DNA of 64,000 nt, taken from the NCBI GenBank assembly GCA_050485865.1, contig JBJHCE010000003.1, positions 1,506 to 65,505 on the forward strand, written 5' to 3'. The translations under genes were made by a program, and so were the position numbers. The notes under the pieces are model-generated. The model searched no databases. It worked only from the letters and a program-made list of their open reading frames with translations, and was not told the DNA's origin. Below, in pieces: positions 18,196-25,907 of the stretch; position 1 is the stretch's first letter, and each line of letters starts with the position of its first letter. Source of the DNA: Gemmatimonadales bacterium (lineage in GTDB: Bacteria > Gemmatimonadota > Gemmatimonadetes > Longimicrobiales > Gaopeijiaceae).

Positions 18196-18383
18196 GGTCC
18201 GTCTCCCGGCGATGCGGACCCCGGCAAGGACGGTTCCGCCGCCCCGGTGTCCTGGTGGCCGTTCGCCTCCCGCCAGCGGAGGTACACGAGGATCCCGATC
18301 CCCAGGGTGAGGAGAATGGGGACCGAGGCCACGAGGACCCCGCCCCAGAACATCCCCAGCATCAGCCCGTCGTGGTGGTCCAC
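18192..18383 (-). CDS. 63-aa single-TM protein at the tail of the cox operon
   Basis: TM segment GMFWGGVLVASVPILLTLGIGILVYL. It lies 9 nt after the CoxIV stop and is coupled to the next gene. Confidence 0.5.
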   Translation of the reverse strand: MDHHDGLMLGMFWGGVLVASVPILLTLGIGILVYLRWREANGHQDTGAAEPSLPGSASPGDGP

Positions 18384-18392
18384 CGGGTCACC

Positions 18393-18713
18393 TCACCGGA
18401 ACTCCTGGATCACGACCAGGATCAGGATCGCGATCAGGGGAAGGGGGATCGCCGCGAGGATCCACACCCGTCGCTCCTCGAAGCGGAGGTGCATGTAGTA
18501 GAGGGCCACGAGAAGGGCGCTCACGAGGGAGATCGCGACGAGAAGGGTGATGGAAAGCCACTTGGGCATCCCGATGAGGGAGACCCCCACCTTCGCGAAC
18601 ATGAGGACGGCGAGGACCCCCCAGATCATCATGTAGGGTGGAGGGGCGTGCGCCGGGGCCGGGGGGGCTCCCCCCTCCCCTCCTCCCGTGGACGGTTCGG
18701 CGTGCTGCATCAC
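18393..18713 (-). CDS. ctaF: Cytochrome c oxidase subunit IV (prokaryotic COX4-type)
   Basis: About 100 aa with three hydrophobic helices. Its position directly after subunit III and the pattern Y..IW..L..LT..EV-like fit this family. Confidence 0.7.
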   Translation of the reverse strand: MMQHAEPSTGGGEGGAPPAPAHAPPPYMMIWGVLAVLMFAKVGVSLIGMPKWLSITLLVAISLVSALLVALYYMHLRFEERRVWILAAIPLPLIAILILVVIQEFR

Positions 18714-18720
18714 ATCCCCC

Positions 18721-19347
18721 CTAGATCAGGTAGACGATGGTGAAGAGGACGATCCAGACCAGGTCCACGAAGTGCCAGTAGAGACCCATGGCCTCGACGC
18801 CTCCAAGGCGTTTCGAGGTGAAGTCGCCGCGGCGGGCCCTCAGGTAGATCCATACGAGGCAGAGGACCCCGATGGATACGTGGAGCCCGTGGAACCCGGT
18901 CATCAGGTAGAAGGTCGAGCCGTAGAGGGGCCCACCCGCGGCGGCGAAGGCGGCGGCGTTCGGGACGAAGCCGTCGTGGACCAGGTGGATGTACTCGTAG
19001 ACCTGCACGCCCACGAAGAAGCTTCCCAGGAGGATCGTGGCGAGGAGCCACCGCTGGAGCCCCTTCTGGTCGTCGTGCTCGATGGCGGCGAAGGCCTTCA
19101 CCATCGTGACCGAGGAGCAGATCAGGATGAAGGTGTTGAAGGCGGTGAGGGGGACGTTCAGCACCTCGCCGGGGGCGGCGAAGTGGTCCGGGTGGGCAAA
19201 GCGCAGGATGATGTACGCCCCGATCAGCGAGGTGAAGAACATCACCTCCGAGAGGAGGAACACCCACATTCCGAGCTTCGCGTTGTACATGTCGAGGCCC
19301 CGTTCGGGGCGGCGGCCCCCGATCGGGAGGACGGCGGCGTGGCTCAT
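18721..19347 (-). CDS. ctaE: Cytochrome c oxidase subunit III
   Basis: LGMWVFLLSEVMFFTSLIGAY, YLMTGFHGLHVSIGV and YWHFVDLVWIVLF. ATG 19347 overlaps the CoxI stop (ATGA). Confidence 0.9.
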   Translation of the reverse strand: MSHAAVLPIGGRRPERGLDMYNAKLGMWVFLLSEVMFFTSLIGAYIILRFAHPDHFAAPGEVLNVPLTAFNTFILICSSVTMVKAFAAIEHDDQKGLQRWLLATILLGSFFVGVQVYEYIHLVHDGFVPNAAAFAAAGGPLYGSTFYLMTGFHGLHVSIGVLCLVWIYLRARRGDFTSKRLGGVEAMGLYWHFVDLVWIVLFTIVYLI

Positions 19348-21179
19348 GGCGCACCTCCGGGGGCTCCGGCGGGGGCCGGTTCGGGTGGGGGCGGGGGTGG
19401 GCCGCCCGATGCGGGTCCCGGCGGGCCCTCGCGGACGGCCTCCGGGGGCTCGTCCTGGGGGAAGAAGTCCAGGGCGCGGCCGGGCACGCTGTACTCGTAC
19501 GGCCCGCGGTGGACGAGGGGCCAGGTGGGGAAGTTTCCGTGCGGCGGAGGCGAGGGCACCGTCCACTCCAGGGAGTTCGCCCGCCAGGGGTTCGCCTCGG
19601 CCTTCTTCCCCCACCACATCGACAGGAGGAAGTTCGCCGCGAAGATGAGCTGCACGGCGAAGAGGGCGAAGACCGCGTTCGAAATGAAGACGTTCGTTCC
19701 CTGCAGGGGAGCGAGGAAGTCGTACTGGGTCGTGTCGTAGAGGCGGCGCATCATCCCCTGGAGCCCGAGCGAGTGCATCGGGAAGAACACCAGGTTGTAG
19801 AGGACGAAGGTGGCGAAGAAATGCACGTATCCCCAGGTCCGGTTCATCATCCGCCCGAACATCTTCGGGTACCAGTAGATGATCCCGGCGAAGATCGCGA
19901 AGAGGCTCCCGCCGAAAAGGACGTAGTGGATGTGCGCGACGATGAAGTACGTGTCGTGGATGTGGATGTCCACGGGGCTCGACGCCATGAAAATCCCCGA
20001 GAGTCCCCCGATGATGAAGAGGGACACGAAGGCCGCCGCGTGGAGGAAGGGGACGTGGAAATGGATGCTCCCCTTCCAGAGGGTGCCGAGCCAGTTGAAC
20101 ACCTTGATCGCCGAGGGGACCGCGATCACGAGCGTCGTCACCATGAAGGTGGTGCCGAGCATCGGGTTCATCCCGCTCATGAACATGTGGTGTCCCCACA
20201 CGATCCAGCCGAGGAAGGCAATGGCGATGATCGCGAGCACCATGGCGTGGTAGCCGAAGATCGGCTTCCGGGCACCGTTTGCGAGGACCTCCGAGACGAT
20301 CCCGAAGGCCGGGAGGATCAGGATGTAGACCTCCGGGTGGCCGAAGAACCAGAAGAGGTGCTGCCAGAGCAGGGGCTCACCCCCGTGCTCCGGAAGGAAG
20401 AAGGTGGTCCCGAGGGTCTGGTCCGTGAGGAGCATGATGAGCGCCCCCGCCAGGATGGGCATGGCGAGGAGCGCCAGAATCGCGGTGACGAAGAGGGCCC
20501 AGACGGTGAGAGGGAGCCGGAACCAGGTCATTCCCGGGGCACGCATGCTCACGACCGTGGTGATGTAGTTCACCGCTCCCGTGATCGAGCTGAAGCCCAG
20601 GATGAAGAGGGACAGGAGCCAGAGCTGCTGCCCAAGGTAGACCCCGGTGTACTCCCCCGATGCCGAGAGGGGGGCGTAGGCGGTCCATCCGGCACCCGCC
20701 GCTCCGCCCTCCACCAGGAAGCTCGCGAGCATGATGAATCCTGCCGGTACCGCAAGCCAGAACGAGAGCGCGTTCAGCTTCGGGAAGGCCATGTCCGGCG
20801 CCCCGATCTGGAGCGGGATCAGGAGGTTCCCGAAGACCCCCACCAGGAGGGGCATGATCGCGAAGAAGATCATGAAGGTCCCGTGCATGGTCACGAGACT
20901 GTTGTAGAACTCGGGGAGGATGATGCCGCCGGGCGCCATCGTGTCGGGGAGCCCGCCTCCTCCCGGAAGCGGCTGTCCGGGAAAGGCCAGCTGCCACCGC
21001 ATGATCACCGCCAGGAGCCCGCCCAGGAGGAGGAATACGAGGCTCATGACCAGGAACTGCTTCGCGATCATCTTGTGATCGGTGGAGAAGATGTAGGTCC
21101 GGATGAAGCCCGGCTCGTGGTGCCCTTCTCCGGCGAACCCCCCGATGTACCAGTCGGAGGCGGGTTTCGTGGCGCTCAT
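19344..21179 (-). CDS. ctaD: Cytochrome c oxidase subunit I (A-family haem-copper oxidase)
   Basis: STDHKMIAKQF, WFFGHPEVYILILPAFG (CuB His/Tyr region), GHHMF, and HDTYFIVAHIHYVLFGG (haem a/a3 His). It has a proline-rich C-terminal tail. ATG 21179 overlaps the CoxII stop. Confidence 0.95.
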   Translation of the reverse strand: MSATKPASDWYIGGFAGEGHHEPGFIRTYIFSTDHKMIAKQFLVMSLVFLLLGGLLAVIMRWQLAFPGQPLPGGGGLPDTMAPGGIILPEFYNSLVTMHGTFMIFFAIMPLLVGVFGNLLIPLQIGAPDMAFPKLNALSFWLAVPAGFIMLASFLVEGGAAGAGWTAYAPLSASGEYTGVYLGQQLWLLSLFILGFSSITGAVNYITTVVSMRAPGMTWFRLPLTVWALFVTAILALLAMPILAGALIMLLTDQTLGTTFFLPEHGGEPLLWQHLFWFFGHPEVYILILPAFGIVSEVLANGARKPIFGYHAMVLAIIAIAFLGWIVWGHHMFMSGMNPMLGTTFMVTTLVIAVPSAIKVFNWLGTLWKGSIHFHVPFLHAAAFVSLFIIGGLSGIFMASSPVDIHIHDTYFIVAHIHYVLFGGSLFAIFAGIIYWYPKMFGRMMNRTWGYVHFFATFVLYNLVFFPMHSLGLQGMMRRLYDTTQYDFLAPLQGTNVFISNAVFALFAVQLIFAANFLLSMWWGKKAEANPWRANSLEWTVPSPPPHGNFPTWPLVHRGPYEYSVPGRALDFFPQDEPPEAVREGPPGPASGGPPPPPPEPAPAGAPGGAP

Positions 21180-21913
21180 CGGCCTTCCTCGGCGTCGGGT
21201 TCGGGTGCGGGTTCGGAAGGCGCCTGGGCGCGCTGCCCACGGGCCTCCTCGCGGGCTGCGATCCGCTCCGCCTCCCATGCGGCGAAGTCGGCCTCGGACA
21301 GGGCGATCACCCGGCCGTCCATCCGGAAGTGTCCGACCCCGCAGAGTTCGGCGCACCCGAGGGAGTAGTCGCCCGCTTCGGTGACCTCGAACCAGATCGG
21401 GATCGTCATTCCGGGGACCGCGTCCTGTTTCACCCGGAAGGCGGGAACGAAGAAGGAGTGGATCACGTCGGCCGCGGTGAGGTGCACGACGACGGGGCGG
21501 TTCACCGGCACGTGGACCCGGTTCAGGAGGGTGAAGTCGGCATCGGTCCCGAACACCCCGTCACCTCCGGCGTAGCGCGCCTCCCATTCGAACTGCCGGG
21601 CCTCCACGTGGATCTCGTAGGCCCCGTCGGGAAAGCGGGCCGGGTCCTTCACCTCGTCCCAGACGCTCTTGCTCATGAGGCCGAGGGCCACGACGATCAC
21701 GAAGGGAACCGCGGTCCAGGCGATCTCGGCCTTCGTGCTCCCGTGGATGTAGGCCGCCGGCACCCCCTCGCGTCTCCTGTAGCGGAAGAGGAACCAGAAG
21801 AGGAGAAACTGGGTCAGGAGGAACACGACCCCGGTGATCACGAGGATCAGGTAGTACAGCCGGTCGATGTCGGCGGCGTAGGTGGTCACCGCCGTGGGAA
21901 GGGTCCAGTCCAT
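21176..21913 (-). CDS. ctaC: Cytochrome c oxidase subunit II (CuA; no fused cytochrome c domain)
   Basis: Two N-terminal TM helices. CuA ligands are in DVIHSFFVPAFRVKQD and CAELCGVGHFRM. There is no CxxCH anywhere in the protein. Confidence 0.9.
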   Translation of the reverse strand: MDWTLPTAVTTYAADIDRLYYLILVITGVVFLLTQFLLFWFLFRYRRREGVPAAYIHGSTKAEIAWTAVPFVIVVALGLMSKSVWDEVKDPARFPDGAYEIHVEARQFEWEARYAGGDGVFGTDADFTLLNRVHVPVNRPVVVHLTAADVIHSFFVPAFRVKQDAVPGMTIPIWFEVTEAGDYSLGCAELCGVGHFRMDGRVIALSEADFAAWEAERIAAREEARGQRAQAPSEPAPEPDAEEGR

Positions 21914-21917
21914 CCGG

Positions 21918-22691
21918 TTACGCTCCGGCCCGGAAGGTGAAGGAAACCGAGGCCGTCTCGCCGGTGGTCACCGTGACCCGGGCTTCCTGCGTGCCCAGGT
22001 CCGGGTGCCAGGCTTCGAGGAGGTACTCTCCGGGGGGGAGCCGGGCCAGGTTGAAGGTTCCCGCCTCTCCGGTCACCGCGTGGTAGGGGTGGGGGAGGAT
22101 GCCCAGGTAGGCGCCCATCCACCCGTGAACGTCGCAGCGCAGCGGGATCATCACCTCCGGGAGGGGGAAGGTCCGATCCGTGTCCATGTTGACCGGCTGG
22201 CTCACGTTGAAGCCCCGGTTCGTGCTCGGCGTGGCGTTGATGTTGTGCATGAGTCCGTCGGAGTTCCGGAGCGTCACCGTCTGGTTCGTCATCGCTCCCG
22301 CTACCCGTGGGACGTACCGGCACGCCACCTGGTCGATGAGGACGGCCTCGGCGGGGACGGGGAATTCCATTCCCTCGAGCCCCTCCTTCACGTAGACGAA
22401 GACGTCGGCCAGGTGACCGCCACGGACCTTCACGTTCTCCCGGACGGGGGGTTCGTCGTAGCGCTCGAAGCAGGCGCGCTCGCTCTCCATGTCGATGGGC
22501 TCGGGCGCAGGCGGAGTCCCCTCGAACATGACCATGCCGGAGACCGAACCGGCGGTGGCCACGTCGAAGGGCATCTCGGTGACCTGCCGGGCTGCGGGCG
22601 CGGCGTCGTCCCCGCCTCCGCAGGCGGCGACTCCGAGGGCCAGGGCGAGGGCGGCGAAGGGGAGCGTGCAGCGGTGGGTCAGGGTGTTCAT
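21918..22691 (-). CDS. Cupredoxin-like lipoprotein with C-terminal carboxypeptidase-regulatory-like beta-sandwich
   Basis: Lipobox LALGVAAC. A type-1 copper-like ligand set is present: H in DGLMHNINA plus C-x2-H-x2-M in RCDVHGWM. The C-terminal GTFNLARLPPGEYLLEAW is CarboxypepD_reg-like. Confidence 0.6.
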   Translation of the reverse strand: MNTLTHRCTLPFAALALALGVAACGGGDDAAPAARQVTEMPFDVATAGSVSGMVMFEGTPPAPEPIDMESERACFERYDEPPVRENVKVRGGHLADVFVYVKEGLEGMEFPVPAEAVLIDQVACRYVPRVAGAMTNQTVTLRNSDGLMHNINATPSTNRGFNVSQPVNMDTDRTFPLPEVMIPLRCDVHGWMGAYLGILPHPYHAVTGEAGTFNLARLPPGEYLLEAWHPDLGTQEARVTVTTGETASVSFTFRAGA

Positions 22692-24313
22692 GGGTCCTCC
22701 GGGGTCGGAGTTGGGGTGATGCGTTCACGTCGCTGGGCCCGGGCCACCACGAGGAGGCCGAGCCCGCCGGTGAGAACCATCGCGAGGAGGGGAGCCACGA
22801 AGACCGTGGGCGGGGTCTCGGGCTCCAGGTGGATGAAGAACCAGGAGCTGATGGAGCCCCGGGTCCCGTCCTCCCCGTTGTCACCGTCCCAGGCCTGGAA
22901 GGCGATGGGGATCGAGACCCCCTCCACGAAGGTGAGATCGGCGTCGGGATCCGCGGGCTCGAGGGGGCGACGAAGGAGGAGCTCCCATCGGCCGTCATCC
23001 CAGCGGGCCTCGGCAGAGATCCCGGCGCCGGGAATGTCCTGGACGTCGCGGACCCCCCGGGCCCGGGCCCGGACGGCGGTCCCGGGGCGATCGCTGGACC
23101 ACTGCCAGAGGAGGACCGGACTGCGGGCATCGCCCTTCAGGAAGTACGGCCGGTCCATACCCCGGGGGAGTTCAAGGGGGAGCTGAACGGTGATCCGGTC
23201 CGGCCGGGGGCCGGGCTCCGGGGGTTCGCCGTCGTGGGGCTCCATGACCTCGAGGACCCGGGCCTGGAAGTCTGCCCAGAGCGGGTCCGGGCTCCGGGAC
23301 CGATCGTGCCAGGCCAGGTGGAGAACGAGCTCGGCCCCGTCGTGGAAACCCCGGACCTCCACCGCGTTGATCGAGGGATCGAACCAGCGGGGCGCCACGA
23401 TGATCTGGGCCACGAGGGGAATGTGGAACGCCTCGGCCTCGCCCCATCGCGGATCGTCGAGCCCGGTGGGGAGAGTTCCGCCGTCGAGGCGGGGAATCCG
23501 GATCACCTCCCGGATCCGGGGCTCCCGCTCCGGCGAGAGGCTCCGGACGTAGTGGGCAAGGCTCCAGAGTTCGTCGGCGGTGACCACCCCCGCGTCCACG
23601 AGATCGGCGGACGAGGGCATCGGGGTCCCGTCGAGCCCGGTGAGGATCCGCCGGTGGATGTCCTCCACCGAACCCCCTCCGTCGAACCTCCAGTTCCTGG
23701 TGAGGTCAGCGGCGCGAATCGGATAACCCCAGTCATCTTCCAGGGTGGGCGCACTCGACCCGGCACCCCGCCCGGAGTCACCGTGGCACTGCCAGCACTC
23801 GATTCGCTGGAAGACCTCCCGACCCTCGGCGATCCGCTCGGCACTCGCCCTGGGCGCCCGACCGAAGGGGAGGGGGTCGGGCTGCCCGAAGGTCTCGAAC
23901 CCCGGGTAGAAGGTCTTCAGGTACGCCACGAGGGCGTCCCGGTCCCGGCGGGAGAGGTGACGCTCCCACCCGGGCATGGAGGTCCCGGGCATCCCCTTGT
24001 CGATGACGCGCAGGATGTCTGCGTCGGTGGGAAGCTCCCCCCCGGCGGTGGTCCGGACCTGGTAGACCCCCCGGGTGAAGTCCCTCGGGCGGGGAAGCAT
24101 GGTGCCCGCAGCCGGGCCCAGACCGTCGCCCTCGGCCCCGTGGCACGAGGCACACCATCGGTCGTAGAGCTCCCGCCCCCGGTCCAGGTCCTGGGCCTCG
24201 GCCCCTCCCGCCCCGGCGGCGGCCGCGGCCAGGAACCCCGCGCAGGCCAGGCGGCGGCCGGCGGCCGCAGGGATCCGCCACCTGGAAATGGACCCGCCCC
24301 TCCGCATCTCCAT
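22688..24313 (-). CDS. Di-haem cytochrome c fused to an EB_dh-type (ethylbenzene dehydrogenase gamma-like) haem-b domain, C-terminal TM anchor
   Basis: Two CxxCH motifs (CASCH, CWQCH). The distal domain has LHLAWHD...VQLP...GM..PYF...LWQW...W.LLLRRPL...IAFQAWDGDNGE..G..SISSW. TM VFVAPLLAMVLTGGLGLLVVA. The ATG shares one nucleotide with the upstream stop (TGATG at 24311-24315). Confidence 0.7.
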   Translation of the reverse strand: MEMRRGGSISRWRIPAAAGRRLACAGFLAAAAAGAGGAEAQDLDRGRELYDRWCASCHGAEGDGLGPAAGTMLPRPRDFTRGVYQVRTTAGGELPTDADILRVIDKGMPGTSMPGWERHLSRRDRDALVAYLKTFYPGFETFGQPDPLPFGRAPRASAERIAEGREVFQRIECWQCHGDSGRGAGSSAPTLEDDWGYPIRAADLTRNWRFDGGGSVEDIHRRILTGLDGTPMPSSADLVDAGVVTADELWSLAHYVRSLSPEREPRIREVIRIPRLDGGTLPTGLDDPRWGEAEAFHIPLVAQIIVAPRWFDPSINAVEVRGFHDGAELVLHLAWHDRSRSPDPLWADFQARVLEVMEPHDGEPPEPGPRPDRITVQLPLELPRGMDRPYFLKGDARSPVLLWQWSSDRPGTAVRARARGVRDVQDIPGAGISAEARWDDGRWELLLRRPLEPADPDADLTFVEGVSIPIAFQAWDGDNGEDGTRGSISSWFFIHLEPETPPTVFVAPLLAMVLTGGLGLLVVARAQRRERITPTPTPEDP

Positions 24314-25113
24314 CAGTGCTCCTCCCAGGTACGGGGCGAGAGCCCTGCCTGGCGGTAGAGGAAGAGGGTCACCGCCCAGATCTCGTCGGCGGTCATGAAG
24401 TCCTCCCAGGCGGGCATGGCCGAGTTCCAGGGGGCACCCTCCCGGGGAAGGCCGGCCCCTCCCTTCGCGATCCGCCAGAAGACGTAACTCTCGGTGAGCT
24501 GGGCGATCGTTCCTCCGCCGCGGAGGGGGAGGGGCGCGGGGTTGAAGCCGTGGGCGTAGTGACCCTGCCCGTCCAGGTAGTCGCCGTGGCAGGGCATGCA
24601 GTTCCGCGTGTAGAGGGCGAGCCCCTCGGCGTAGGCCTCGTCCTCCCGCCCCGAGCCGCGTATGGGGTTCTCGAGCCCGTCCAGGCGGATCGTCTCGCCG
24701 CGGAAGGTGATCTGGGTGGGAGGCGCGGGGTGGACGGACCTGAGCCCCGCGGGGGCCGAGACCTTGGGGCGGACCGTGTCGTAGGTCATGAAGCCCACGA
24801 GGAGGGGGAGGGCCACCAGGACCGCGAGGCGCACCCGACGCCGCTCCGGAAGGATCAGGGTCTCCCGGATGGGGCGCTTGAAGGCCTTCCACCGGTCCTC
24901 GTTGTCACTCACCCAGACGAGCACCCCGAGGAGGACGGAAAGCATGTACTGGATCACCACGCTCCGGGGGACCGGTGCGCTCGAAACCCCGACGAGGGGG
25001 GGGAGGTACGGGATCCCCCAGCGGACCAGGGCGTAGGCGAGGAGAAGGACCGCTGCGCCCTGGGCGAAGGGGGTCCGGGGCCAGAGGCGGAAGCGCCGCG
25101 CCGGGGCGTTCAC
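24313..25113 (-). CDS. Membrane-anchored mono-haem cytochrome c (three N-terminal TM helices)
   Basis: Single CMPCH, with the distal Met candidate in NSAMPAW. The GTG start overlaps the upstream stop (GTGA at 25110-25113). Confidence 0.8.
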   Translation of the reverse strand: MNAPARRFRLWPRTPFAQGAAVLLLAYALVRWGIPYLPPLVGVSSAPVPRSVVIQYMLSVLLGVLVWVSDNEDRWKAFKRPIRETLILPERRRVRLAVLVALPLLVGFMTYDTVRPKVSAPAGLRSVHPAPPTQITFRGETIRLDGLENPIRGSGREDEAYAEGLALYTRNCMPCHGDYLDGQGHYAHGFNPAPLPLRGGGTIAQLTESYVFWRIAKGGAGLPREGAPWNSAMPAWEDFMTADEIWAVTLFLYRQAGLSPRTWEEH

Positions 25114-25907
25114 CGGAGCCCCGCCAGGTAGCGCACCACGGCCTCGAGCTGGGCCGCGGTGAGGCGCTCACCGAAGTAGGTGGGCATCACCCCCACGAGC
25201 TCCTCGTACCCCGGGGACACCACGGCCGGGGGGTCGAGGATCGCGCGGCGGAGTTCCTCGGGGGTGCGGCGGGCCCCGATCCCGTCCAGGGCCGGGCCGA
25301 GCGCGGTCCCCTCCCCTGCCAGCACGTGGCACATCACGCACTGCTCCCGTACGAAGGTCTCCGGGTCGTCGGCGCCGGCGATGCCGACGGCTCCGGGCGC
25401 TCCGGCGGCGGGGACGCCGGGGCTCGCATCGGTGTCGGGAATGTCCGCTGCCGTCACGGTGATCTCCCCCCCGAGGCTTTCCAGGTAGGCCACGAGGGCC
25501 CAGATCTGCGCCGGGGCCATGGTCCGGTCGGCAGGGGGCATGATCGGCTCGTACCCCGGGACCATGTGCTCCTGCGGGCGCACAAGCGCCTGGTAGAGGA
25601 ACTCCTTGCACGACATTCCCGGGACCCGGTCGCCGCAGCGGGCCCCGATGGGTCCCTCCCCACGGAAGTCGGTGGAGAGGTTCGGCCCCCGGGCTCCGGG
25701 CGACTCGGCGTGGCAGGCCAGGCATCCGCCGCCCCCCCGGTAGAGGGCGGCCCCGGCTTCGGCCAGCTCCTCCGGGGTCACGTCGGCGCCGAAGGCCACG
25801 TCCAGGGGCACCTCCGACTCCACCTGCGGGATCACGTTCGCCACCAGGGTGAAGAGGATGATGGTCCCGGCCACGACCCCCGCCACCTTGAAATCCACCG
25901 CCGACAT
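25110..25907 (-). CDS. Membrane-anchored di-haem cytochrome c
   Basis: N-terminal TM VAGVVAGTIILFTLVANVI. Two CxxCH motifs (CLACH, CVMCH). The ATG abuts the stop of the CydA-like gene (TGA|ATG). Confidence 0.85.
   Translation of the reverse strand: MSAVDFKVAGVVAGTIILFTLVANVIPQVESEVPLDVAFGADVTPEELAEAGAALYRGGGGCLACHAESPGARGPNLSTDFRGEGPIGARCGDRVPGMSCKEFLYQALVRPQEHMVPGYEPIMPPADRTMAPAQIWALVAYLESLGGEITVTAADIPDTDASPGVPAAGAPGAVGIAGADDPETFVREQCVMCHVLAGEGTALGPALDGIGARRTPEELRRAILDPPAVVSPGYEELVGVMPTYFGERLTAAQLEAVVRYLAGLR

Noticed and set aside
21176-21913. caa3-type oxidase (CoxII with fused cytochrome c)
   Set aside because: The CoxII product ends shortly after the CuA motif with a low-complexity tail. 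It contains no CxxCH, so the oxidase is aa3-like and must rely on separate donors.
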